From a virus (taxonomy: Duplodnaviria; Caudoviricetes): DNA of 64,000 nucleotides. Below the pieces are notes generated by a model. It saw nothing but the letters and a program-made list of their open reading frames with translations, was not told the origin of the DNA and searched no databases. Positions 39,202-47,763 of this stretch are shown piece by piece (the first letter of the stretch is position 1; the number at the start of each line of letters is the position of its first letter). The stretch is from positions 20,047 to 84,046 of IMG/VR virus record IMGVR_UViG_3300037483_000925. One strand, written 5' to 3'. The position numbers were made by a program, and so were the translations under genes.

Positions 39202-39881
39202 GTTCAAAATGTATTGTCCTTCTCTCTGGTGGTATGGACTCGGCCACTCTTTTAGGACTTGCCGTTCAACAATACAAACAAGTCATGGCCCTGTCCGTGG
39301 ATTACGCCCAGCGCCACAAGGTGGAATTGCAATCGGCCAAGGCCGTGGCCGAGCATTTCGGTATCGAACACGAAATTCTGGACATTACCAATATCAATCA
39401 CCTGCTGGCCGGGTCATCCCTGACTTCGGATATGGCCGTACCCCATGGTCATTACGAAGACGAATCCATGAAGCAGACTGTGGTTCCAGCCCGCAATACC
39501 ATCTTACTGAGCCTTGCCGCTGGCTGGGCCATCAGTCGAGAATTCGATACCGTGGCCTACGCCGCCCATGCCGGAGATCACGCCATTTACCCAGATTGCA
39601 GAGCCGAGTTCGTTCTGGCCATGCAAAAGGTCTTTGATGTTTTCGATTACAATCCCCTTGATCTCTGGGTTCCGTTTTTGGGCCTGGACAAGGCGGGGAT
39701 CCTCAAAATAGGCATGCCTCTGGGAGTGCCTTACGAAAAGACATGGACCTGTTATGATCCACAGAGGGAATTTAAACGAGACCTTTATAAAGCTTGCGGC
39801 AAATGTGGGTCTTGCCAAGAACGTCTTGAGGCCTTTGTCCAGCTCGGTATCAAAGACCCGATTCAATATGTGGAGAAATAA
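39198..39881 (+). CDS. queC: 7-cyano-7-deazaguanine synthase
   Basis: LLSGGMDS, YAQRH..E, VPARN, YPDCR, TWTCY and CGKCGSC motifs. Confidence 0.97.
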   Translation: MSSKCIVLLSGGMDSATLLGLAVQQYKQVMALSVDYAQRHKVELQSAKAVAEHFGIEHEILDITNINHLLAGSSLTSDMAVPHGHYEDESMKQTVVPARNTILLSLAAGWAISREFDTVAYAAHAGDHAIYPDCRAEFVLAMQKVFDVFDYNPLDLWVPFLGLDKAGILKIGMPLGVPYEKTWTCYDPQREFKRDLYKACGKCGSCQERLEAFVQLGIKDPIQYVEK

Positions 39882-40801
39882 TGATTTATTACAGGATTCA
39901 AGAATTTAAAACCGATTGTCAAAAGCTGGCCGACAAAATCAAAGCCAGTGGAAAAGAATTCAAAGCCATTCGTGGCATTCCCCAAGGCGGTACAGCCGTG
40001 GCCCTGGAGCTTGGTTATCTTCTGAGGCTGCCGGTAATTGAAGAAAATGAACTTGTCATATGGAAGGCAGAATCGGTTCTGATTGTCGATGACTTGGTCG
40101 ACTCCGGAGCCACCCTGCTTCGATACAAAGGCCATGATTCGGCCACCATCCACGTCAAAACTCATACCCCAAAAGAAAACTATCCCACCTTTTGGTGTTC
40201 CAAGGTCTCTGACTGGATTACTTACTGGTGGGAGGCATCAGAAGAAAAATCTATCCGGGATAATGTCATTCGTATCCTGCAATTCATTGGCGAGGACCCG
40301 ACCCGGGAAGGTTTACTTAAAACTCCGGACCGAGTAGTCAAGTCCTGGGGGGAGATCTTCGGGGGCTATAAACAAGACCCTGCCTCGGTTTTTACTACTT
40401 TTGAACCTGATGGCTATACCCAGTTAGTCTTGCTCAAGGGAATTGAATTTTACAGTACATGTGAACATCACATGCTTTCGTTCTCCGGCAAGGCCCATAT
40501 CGGTTATATTGCCCAAGATCGGATCATAGGCATTTCCAAGCTAGCTCGTCTCCTGGATGTCTATGCCCGTCGCCTCCAAGTACAAGAACGCATTGGTCAG
40601 CAAGTGACCCAGGCCATTATGAAATACCTTCAACCGGCTGGGGCTGCCTGTATCATCGAGGCTGAACACCTCTGTATGCGTTGCCGGGGAGTAGAGAAAC
40701 AGAACTCGATCATGGTTACCAGTTCTTTGACTGGTCGTTTTTTGGAAGATTCTGATGCTGGAAGGGCGGCCAGGGCGGAGTTTATGGGGCTAATAAAATG
40801 A
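39881..40801 (+). CDS. folE: Phosphoribosyltransferase fused to GTP cyclohydrolase I
   Basis: N-terminal IPQGG and LIVDDLVDSGAT; C-terminal REGLLKTP.RV, CEHH, GISKLAR, QVQER, HLCM..RG. Confidence 0.92.
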   Translation: MIYYRIQEFKTDCQKLADKIKASGKEFKAIRGIPQGGTAVALELGYLLRLPVIEENELVIWKAESVLIVDDLVDSGATLLRYKGHDSATIHVKTHTPKENYPTFWCSKVSDWITYWWEASEEKSIRDNVIRILQFIGEDPTREGLLKTPDRVVKSWGEIFGGYKQDPASVFTTFEPDGYTQLVLLKGIEFYSTCEHHMLSFSGKAHIGYIAQDRIIGISKLARLLDVYARRLQVQERIGQQVTQAIMKYLQPAGAACIIEAEHLCMRCRGVEKQNSIMVTSSLTGRFLEDSDAGRAARAEFMGLIK

Positions 40802-41685
40802 ACAAAATCAATCTCTTTCTGGACTCCGGCGCCTTCTCCGCTTTCACCAAAAATATAACCATTGATATCCAGGAGTACATCGCCTTCATCAAAGAAAACC
40901 AAGATGTAATCGAAGTCTACGCCAATCTGGACGTTATTGGCGATCCTGCCGGGACCCTGGAAAACCAGAACATTATGGAAGCTGCCGCACTTAATCCCTT
41001 GCCTTGTTTCCATTATGGCGAGGATATTCAATATCTGAAATATTATCTTTCCAAATATGACTACTTGGCTCTGGGTGGCATGGTCCCCATCTCCACCGCC
41101 GATCTGATCCCCTGGCTCGATACTCTTTTCTCGGAACATATCTGTGGTGCGGATGGTTTACCCAAAGTCAAAATCCATGGCTTTGGTCTAACTTCTCTAA
41201 AGCTCATGCTCCGCTATCCCTGGTACAGTGTTGATTCCACTTCTTGGGTCATGACCGGGCGCATGGGCTCGGTCCTGGTCCCCAAACGAGGTGATTATCT
41301 GACCGATCCCTGGAAGGTGGCCGTGTCTGACCGCTCCCCATCCAAGGGCGAGGCCGGGAAACATTTCAAGACTTTCTCGCCCATGGAACAGGAAATCATT
41401 ATCCAATACCTGGATTCCAAGGGCTATAAGATAGGCTCATCCGAATTCCGGTTCGAGAACAAGAACTACAAGCCCATAGCCGGGGAACGTTGGCACGGCC
41501 CGGCCCGGGGCGATGGTTCCCGGGAAGTGGAATTGGTCACTGAACCGGGCTTGAGCAATGACTATATGCAAAGGGATGAGTTGAATATTATCTATTTTCT
41601 TGATCTTGAGGCTGCGCTGCCGGCTTGGCCTTGGGCCTTCAAACTCAAGACCAATCATGCGGTCAAGGGCGGGTTTGATCTGTGA
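40798..41685 (+). CDS. TGT-fold DpdA-like deazaguanine transglycosylase, N-terminally short
   Basis: LFLDSGAFS, ALGGMV, IHGFG and SVDSTSW, giving the two TGT-type Asp motifs; follows queC and folE. Confidence 0.75.
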   Translation: MNKINLFLDSGAFSAFTKNITIDIQEYIAFIKENQDVIEVYANLDVIGDPAGTLENQNIMEAAALNPLPCFHYGEDIQYLKYYLSKYDYLALGGMVPISTADLIPWLDTLFSEHICGADGLPKVKIHGFGLTSLKLMLRYPWYSVDSTSWVMTGRMGSVLVPKRGDYLTDPWKVAVSDRSPSKGEAGKHFKTFSPMEQEIIIQYLDSKGYKIGSSEFRFENKNYKPIAGERWHGPARGDGSREVELVTEPGLSNDYMQRDELNIIYFLDLEAALPAWPWAFKLKTNHAVKGGFDL

Positions 41686-41870
41686 GAATTTATCTGGCCA
41701 GTAATAATCCCGGACCGAGAGAGAGAGAGTTAGAAAAATATAATCGACTCTATGTTCCTAACCGACTCATTTCCTATTGGCAAATAGTCAACAAAGAAAT
41801 GGATTGTGAAAATCTTTTTGAATGGTGTAAAGGGGCAAATCTTGCAAGTATTTCTCGCCACTTGGACTGA
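41682..41870 (+). CDS. MKIYLA-family mini-protein 1
   Basis: MRIYLAS...NRLISYW; GTGA-coupled to the DpdA-like stop. Confidence 0.7.
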   Translation: MRIYLASNNPGPRERELEKYNRLYVPNRLISYWQIVNKEMDCENLFEWCKGANLASISRHLD

Positions 41871-41970
41871 ACTGAGCCAGAAAATTTCCCTGGATAAACT
41901 CAGGCAAAAAACCGCTTATTGTCCTATTTCTTCATAAAAAACGAATCACAGGAGTGGTTAAAAAACTATG
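41842..41970 (+). pseudogene. MKIYLA-family mini-protein 2, frameshifted at an A6 run
   Basis: TTG-QVFLATW...LRQK in one frame; NRLLSYFFIKNESQEWLKNY in the -1 frame after the run at 41906-41911. Confidence 0.55.
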
Positions 41971-42960
41971 CTAATTCAACGTCAAACACTGGTCAATGCC
42001 CTGGGCCTTCTCAAACCCGGCTTGAGTAACAAAGATATCATCGAGCAGGGCCTATGCTTTAACTTCAACAAGGACACCATCACCACCTTCAATGACCTCA
42101 TCTCCGTCTCCATTCCCCTGGAGACCGGGATTGAGGGCGCGGTCAGGGCTGAGGAACTGCACAAGCTCTTGGACCGGATCACCGCCGATGAAATTGAACT
42201 GACTCAAACCGAATCCGAGCTCCGGATCAAGGCCGGAAAAATCAAGGCCGGACTCTCACTCAAAGCTGAACTGCTCCCGCCTCTGGCTGTGGAAAATGAA
42301 TGGCAAGAATTGCCCAAACAATTCAAGGAGGCCATTGGCTTTTGCCAATTCTCCACCTCCAAGGACATGACCAGGCCCCACCTGACCTGCATCCATTTCG
42401 AAGGAGTCAAGGTTTCCAGCTCTGATCGCTGGCGCATCACCCAGTTCGCCATGACCGAGGCCATTCCGGTGAATTTCCTGCTCCCGGCCTCGGCCGCCAA
42501 CATTCTCCTGAAATACAACATTACTCACATGGCCTTGGACAATGCCTGGGTTCATTTTGCAGACGCAGAATCGGGCCTGGTATTCAGCACTCGGCTTATC
42601 CTGGCCGATTTGATGCAGCCGGATCAGTACTTCGATGTCCAGGGTCAGGTGGTTAGGCTGCCAGATTTGGACAAAACCCTGGAGCGGGCTAAAATAATGG
42701 TAGAGGGGGACTCTGATCTGGACCTGACCATCAAATTGATCCTGGAGCCGGGCAAGTTGATTTGCCGGGGCCAGAAAGAAATCGGTTGGGTGGAGGAGGT
42801 CGTGGACCTGGATTACAATGGTTCTCCCATTACCATGATGGTCAATCCCCTATTCTTGGCCGATATCCTGTCCAGGACCAAGGAAATGATCGTGTCGGAG
42901 AACATGTGCCTGTTCTGGGGTGAGAATTTCCGACACGTGATGATGTTGGTAAAGGAGTAG
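41968..42960 (+). CDS. DNA polymerase sliding clamp (beta-like)
   Basis: 330 aa; QFSTSKDMTRPHLTCIH, SSDRWRI, FLLPA and NPLFLADIL resemble DnaN motifs. Confidence 0.75.
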   Translation: MLIQRQTLVNALGLLKPGLSNKDIIEQGLCFNFNKDTITTFNDLISVSIPLETGIEGAVRAEELHKLLDRITADEIELTQTESELRIKAGKIKAGLSLKAELLPPLAVENEWQELPKQFKEAIGFCQFSTSKDMTRPHLTCIHFEGVKVSSSDRWRITQFAMTEAIPVNFLLPASAANILLKYNITHMALDNAWVHFADAESGLVFSTRLILADLMQPDQYFDVQGQVVRLPDLDKTLERAKIMVEGDSDLDLTIKLILEPGKLICRGQKEIGWVEEVVDLDYNGSPITMMVNPLFLADILSRTKEMIVSENMCLFWGENFRHVMMLVKE

Positions 42961-42962
42961 TC

Positions 42963-43124
42963 GTGAAGATTTATTTGGCCGGAATGCCTGGGGGGGGATT
43001 AAAAGGAAGAAAAAATATGACCAAAATTCCTTTTCTAAAAATCCTGATAAGCTATTTTCAATTTATAGATGGACTATGGGATCACAAACAAGATACTTTG
43101 TTTCTACTTGAAAAATCAAAATGA
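42963..43124 (+). CDS. MKIYLA-family mini-protein 3 (G8 tract)
   Basis: Manual translation MKIYLAGMPGGGLKGRKNMTKIPFLKILISYFQF...; GGAG RBS; ATGA-coupled to the next copy. Confidence 0.7.
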   Translation: MKIYLAGMPGGGLKGRKNMTKIPFLKILISYFQFIDGLWDHKQDTLFLLEKSK

Positions 43125-43324
43125 AAATATATCTTGCTGGTCACGGGGGGGGCTTGGAAAAGGAAGAAATCAAATTGATAGCAGTTGGAATCAAGAATCG
43201 GCTCCTTTCCTTCTTTTCTATCTCATGCCCGGAATTTTATTCCGAAAAAGGAATATTCAAATTATATGAAAATCTACTTGGCCCACAACGCCCCTTGGAG
43301 AGCAAGAGAAATGTTTTTAATTGA
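43121..43324 (+). CDS. MKIYLA-family mini-protein 4 (G8 tract)
   Basis: MKIYLAGHGGG...NRLLSFF. Confidence 0.7.
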   Translation: MKIYLAGHGGGLEKEEIKLIAVGIKNRLLSFFSISCPEFYSEKGIFKLYENLLGPQRPLESKRNVFN

Positions 43325-43448
43325 GCGGGGGGGGATTAAATCAAGATTAATTTCTTATTTTTATGCAATTCGAGAAGGAGCAGCATCATTTCAATATCTC
43401 AAGGAAATCAATGAAAATCTACTTGGCCGGGACTCCGGGAATAATTAG
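43266..43448 (+). CDS. MKIYLA-family mini-protein 5 (G8 tract)
   Basis: MKIYLAHNAPW...SRLISYFY. Confidence 0.7.
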   Translation: MKIYLAHNAPWRAREMFLIERGGIKSRLISYFYAIREGAASFQYLKEINENLLGRDSGNN

Positions 43449-43587
43449 CAGGGAGGGGGGGTGGATAAAGTTATATGTTCATCGTCTGCTCTCGTTCTGG
43501 GATATTCAACAAGATCAATTTCAGGTACCTCAAGCCTTTAATTTGATCAAGGAAAGAAATGAATTTCGTACACCTCCACCTGCATGA
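43411..43587 (+). CDS. MKIYLA-family mini-protein 6 (G7 tract)
   Basis: MKIYLAGTPG...HRLLSFW; first 18 nt identical to copy 5. Confidence 0.7.
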   Translation: MKIYLAGTPGIISREGGWIKLYVHRLLSFWDIQQDQFQVPQAFNLIKERNEFRTPPPA

Positions 43588-46500
43588 TCAGTTCTCCCTT
43601 CTGGATGGGCTCGGGACCGCTGACCAATATGCCGCCAGGGCCAAGGAATTGGATCAGGGCATCCTGACCCTCACGAATCACGGCAACATCGACGGCCTGA
43701 TCAAGTTCCAACGCGCCTGCACCAAGGCCGGGATTAAGCCCGTCCTTGGCTGCGAGCTATACATGGTCCCTGACCTCAGGAAGAAGGAAGCCAAGGAAAA
43801 GCGGCACCACATGACTGTCCTGATCCGGGACGAGGCCGGGTTCCGGAACCTGCTCCAGATGCTGTCCATCGCCAACCTGGAGGGGCACCATTACCGGCCC
43901 CGGGTGGACCCGGCCACGGTCCTGGGGCACCGGGAGGGGCTCGTTTTCATGTCCGCTTGCGTCAATTCCTTCGTCCTCATGGACGGGGGGCTGGACCTGC
44001 TCCTGGAGCTAAGAAGGACCAACCCCGTGGCCCTGGAAATCATGCCCCACGACATCCAGGCCCAGAAGGATATCAACTTGGTCAAGCTGGACATCGCCTG
44101 CCGATACCAGATCCCCCTCGTGGCCACCAACGATTGCCACTACCCCTTGGCCCACCAATGGCGGACCCAGGAGATGCTCCTGGCCATCCAGAGGAAGGCC
44201 AAGTGGTCCGACCCCGACCGCTGGAGGTTCGGGTTCGACGGCCTCCACCTGAGGTCAGCGGAGGAGATGGTCCAGGCATTTGCAAGGCAAAGGGTCCTGG
44301 ACCCTCCAACCGTGATCCAGGCCATGGAGAATACAGTGGCCATAGCATCCCTCTGTGATTTCAGGATAGAAAGACGGCCTGTGGAGCTGCCCAAGGCCCA
44401 CGGCTATGAGGACCGGGATGAGACGGAGCTGCTCTGGGAGATAATTGAGCATGGCTGGAGCCAAAGATTGGAGATTAACACCCCTCCGGGAGCAGACCTG
44501 AACATCTACAGGGTCAGGCTCGAAGAGGAAATGACCCAGATCATCCAGATGGGATTTCAGCGATATTTCCTTATCGTCTGGGAGCTGGTCAACTGGTGCC
44601 ATGAAAACGGCATAATGACGGGTCCAGGCCGTGGGTCGGTCGGGGGTAGTTTGGTGGCCTATCTCATGTACCTGACCGACGTGGACCCGATTAGGTACGG
44701 TCTTATCTTCGCCAGGTTCATATCTCCCGAAAGGAGCGACTTCCCGGACATCGACATGGACTTTCCCCAGGACCGGAGGGAGGAGGTCAGGAGGCACCTG
44801 GACGACTGCTATGGCAGGTACAATGTGGCCAGCATCACCACCTTCCTGACCATGAAGGGGTCCATGGCCCTCCGGGACGTGGCCAGGGTCTTCGACCTGC
44901 CGGGCGGGCAGGGCTCCGAAACGGACAAGGCCGCCAAGTCCATCATCGACAAGCCGGACGGGGACCCACGGGCTGGACATACCATCGAGGATTCCCTGAC
45001 CCAGTCCCCGGAGCTCCAGCAATTCAGGATCAGATACCCGGAGGCGGTGGCCCTGGCCATGGAACTGGAGGGCCAGGCTCGGGGCTATGGCAAACATGCG
45101 GCCGCCGCCTGCATCTCCGCAGAGGACCTCCGGGATGGGGCCAGGTGCAACCTGGCTTTCCGGGAAGGGACCCTGGTCGCCAACTGGGACAAGGGTGACG
45201 CCGAGTACATGGGCCTGATGAAGCTCGATGTCCTGGGGCTCTCCACCCTGTCCGTGCTTAATTACGCCAGGGAGCTGATCAAGGGGACCGAGATCGAATT
45301 CGACAAGATTCCCCTGGATGACCCGGACGTCTACCGGGAGTTCGCCGCCGGCCACTGCGTCGGGGCCTTCCAGCTCGGTACCAACCTGTTGATCAGGCTC
45401 TGCAAGGAGCTCGGGGTCAGGGAGTTCAACGACCTGGTGCTGATCAATGCCCTATCCCGGCCCGGACCCCTGGGGGCGGGCATGACCGATGAGTTCATTG
45501 CCCGGAGGAAGGGGCAGAAGTCGGTTACGTTCATCCATCCCCGGCTGGAGCCCTATACCCGGGAGACCCTGGGCATAGTCGTCTACCAGGAGCAGGTCAT
45601 GTGGTCCATGTTCGAGCTGGCCGGCCTGTCCTGGGGGGAGTGCGACAAGGTCCGGAAGGTGATGGGCAAGAGCAAGGGTGCAGTAGAGTTCGAGCGGTTC
45701 AAGGATCGGTTCGTCCGGGGCTGCTCCTCCCAGGGGACCCTGCCCCCCGGGGAAGCCGCCCACGTCTGGGACCAGCTGTCGTCCTTCGGAAGCTACGGAT
45801 TTAACAAGGCCCATGCCGTGGAATACTCCCTGATCGGCTACTGGACCATGTATCTCAAGCACCACCACCCAAAAGAGTTCATGGCTGCCCTGCTGACCCA
45901 TGGCGGGGAAAAGTATAAGGCTTCCTATGTGGCCGAGGCCCAGCGCCTGGGGATGATCATATCAATTCCTAGAATCGGGACCTCGCTTGCGAACAGGTGG
46001 GTGCCGGGGGCGGGCAATTCCCTCCTGGCCCCGTTTACTGAGATCAAGGGCGTGGGCCAGGCCCAGGCCGAGAAGATCGTGAATCCGGCGAGACCGAAGC
46101 CTAAGACCAAGAAAAAGAAAGTCAAGAAGGCCCAGAAGGGGTTCTTCGATACCGCCCCTGCCATAATAGAAGAGCCGATCACCCAGCCCCGGAATGGCAA
46201 TCATATCGATGAGGTCCTACGTAAGGTCGGGGCCGACGGCAGGGTTATGACCGAGGCCGAGCTCCAGGAGGCCCAGCAGTATTTCTCGTTCAATATCATG
46301 GACAAGGGCGGCAGATTCAAGAGATTGATTACCCTGGACCCGTCCCTGGCCCAAATCCCGGAACATGACCTACTTTCTTGCAACATCACCGCCAACCTGC
46401 TCAGGATCAGGAAATATGTCAGGAAGATCGAGGAGTTCCTGCCATGTGACTGGTGCGAGCTGAGGAAGCAATGCCGGGGGCCGGTCAATCCCTCCTTCGG

Positions 46501-47140
46501 TAGGTACAACGTCATGGTCGACGGCGAGGCCCCCGGCCCTGACGAGGATCAGCAGGGAATGGGGTTCGTGGGTAAGGCCGGGGTCGACGTCCTCTGGCCG
46601 GAACTGAGGAAGTACGGCCTGTCCCCGCTCATGTTTCACATCACCAACGCGGTCAAGTGCTTCCCGGGCAAGATCAGGACCCCGGGAAAAAAGCATATCG
46701 AGGCCTGCCGGCCCATCCTGGAGGACGAGATCCGGGTCCTGGAGCCGGTCGTCATCCTGGCCTTCGGCAACACCAACCTGAAGTTGTTCAAGGGCCAGGA
46801 CTCGGGAATCTCGGACCTGAGCGGAACCACCGAGTGGTCAGACCGATATCAATGTTGGATATGCTGGTGCACCCACCCGGCCTCGGTGCTCCATGGCGGG
46901 AGCAGGGCCGACTTCGAGCGGGGGATCGGGAACTTCGCCGGGGTCCTGGGGAGGCTGGAGGGCGGGAGGACAAGATGGAACTATGGCAATGCCAAGGGGC
47001 CATGCCCCTACGGGGGCCACTTCGGAGCGGGAAACAACAATTACCTGGAATGCGAAAGCTGCGGAATCTGGGACCAGTGTGCCATAATGGCATCGCAGAA
47101 TGACTGGGCAGGGCTAAGGAATTTGGGGAATCGGCTATAA
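43559..47140 (+). CDS. dnaE: DNA polymerase III alpha (DnaE) fused to a C-terminal family-4 uracil-DNA glycosylase
   Basis: PHP HLHLH..FSLLDG, GRGSVGGS, PDIDMDF, KLDVLGL, FNKAHA; then CDWC, GEAPG..ED, NAVKC and HPA. Confidence 0.95.
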   Translation: MNFVHLHLHDQFSLLDGLGTADQYAARAKELDQGILTLTNHGNIDGLIKFQRACTKAGIKPVLGCELYMVPDLRKKEAKEKRHHMTVLIRDEAGFRNLLQMLSIANLEGHHYRPRVDPATVLGHREGLVFMSACVNSFVLMDGGLDLLLELRRTNPVALEIMPHDIQAQKDINLVKLDIACRYQIPLVATNDCHYPLAHQWRTQEMLLAIQRKAKWSDPDRWRFGFDGLHLRSAEEMVQAFARQRVLDPPTVIQAMENTVAIASLCDFRIERRPVELPKAHGYEDRDETELLWEIIEHGWSQRLEINTPPGADLNIYRVRLEEEMTQIIQMGFQRYFLIVWELVNWCHENGIMTGPGRGSVGGSLVAYLMYLTDVDPIRYGLIFARFISPERSDFPDIDMDFPQDRREEVRRHLDDCYGRYNVASITTFLTMKGSMALRDVARVFDLPGGQGSETDKAAKSIIDKPDGDPRAGHTIEDSLTQSPELQQFRIRYPEAVALAMELEGQARGYGKHAAAACISAEDLRDGARCNLAFREGTLVANWDKGDAEYMGLMKLDVLGLSTLSVLNYARELIKGTEIEFDKIPLDDPDVYREFAAGHCVGAFQLGTNLLIRLCKELGVREFNDLVLINALSRPGPLGAGMTDEFIARRKGQKSVTFIHPRLEPYTRETLGIVVYQEQVMWSMFELAGLSWGECDKVRKVMGKSKGAVEFERFKDRFVRGCSSQGTLPPGEAAHVWDQLSSFGSYGFNKAHAVEYSLIGYWTMYLKHHHPKEFMAALLTHGGEKYKASYVAEAQRLGMIISIPRIGTSLANRWVPGAGNSLLAPFTEIKGVGQAQAEKIVNPARPKPKTKKKKVKKAQKGFFDTAPAIIEEPITQPRNGNHIDEVLRKVGADGRVMTEAELQEAQQYFSFNIMDKGGRFKRLITLDPSLAQIPEHDLLSCNITANLLRIRKYVRKIEEFLPCDWCELRKQCRGPVNPSFGRYNVMVDGEAPGPDEDQQGMGFVGKAGVDVLWPELRKYGLSPLMFHITNAVKCFPGKIRTPGKKHIEACRPILEDEIRVLEPVVILAFGNTNLKLFKGQDSGISDLSGTTEWSDRYQCWICWCTHPASVLHGGSRADFERGIGNFAGVLGRLEGGRTRWNYGNAKGPCPYGGHFGAGNNNYLECESCGIWDQCAIMASQNDWAGLRNLGNRL

Positions 47141-47143
47141 TAT
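47128..47143 (+). promoter_or_regulatory. Phage promoter motif copy (GAATCGGCTATAATAT)
   Basis: At the dnaE stop, upstream of an RBS. Confidence 0.7.
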
Positions 47144-47162
47144 AGACAAGGAGAGAAAGAAA

Positions 47163-47537
47163 ATGTTAGACCTAACCGATTTCATCACCACCCTCCACGA
47201 GAGGGCCAGGAAGTTGGCTGCCGACTGCCCCGAAGCCCGGAAGTATATGGAGGGGCTGCTGCCGGAGGCGTTTGTGGAAAGAGAAGGCAAATTCCCCGAA
47301 TATAAAAGGGGTATGATTTTCATTGGGAAAAGAAGTTTCTATGCGGGCCAGCCATATATTTCAACCTGTTATCAAGATGGAGACAAACCCTTTTGCCAAG
47401 CCTTATGGCACGGAGGGACTTGGTTCCCTTACGAAAAGGCAAAAGAAAGCGCAGCCCGTCCCATGCGCTCCGGCACCATCCTCTTGACCGTGGATGATGC
47501 TGGAATGATTACCGGGTCTGAGGTAAAGGAGGATTAG
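47163..47537 (+). CDS. Hypothetical protein
   Basis: Promoter motif and RBS upstream. Confidence 0.6.
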   Translation: MLDLTDFITTLHERARKLAADCPEARKYMEGLLPEAFVEREGKFPEYKRGMIFIGKRSFYAGQPYISTCYQDGDKPFCQALWHGGTWFPYEKAKESAARPMRSGTILLTVDDAGMITGSEVKED

Positions 47538-47540
47538 GCC

Positions 47541-47762
47541 ATGGACTTCGAAATCTGGAAAGTGAACCACGGTTCCCAGGATGGCCTCACCCGGTACACC
47601 TACTCGCTGAGACAGGGGCCGGATTCCATACCCGTGGTCCTGGGCCTGGACGTATTCAAGAGACTGTTCCCGGGCATCGATCCGGAATCCGTGCCGACGG
47701 CCCCGGCCACGGGCCTCGCCAGGATCAAGACTAGGCTGGTGGAGCCGATCAAGGATATCTGA
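47541..47762 (+). CDS. Hypothetical protein
   Basis: GGAGG RBS. Confidence 0.55.
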   Translation: MDFEIWKVNHGSQDGLTRYTYSLRQGPDSIPVVLGLDVFKRLFPGIDPESVPTAPATGLARIKTRLVEPIKDI

Positions 47763-47763
47763 G

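Noticed and set aside
41682-43587. Diversity-generating retroelement as the source of the mini-ORF variants
   Set aside because: No reverse transcriptase is present in the window, and the copies differ far beyond adenine-specific changes.
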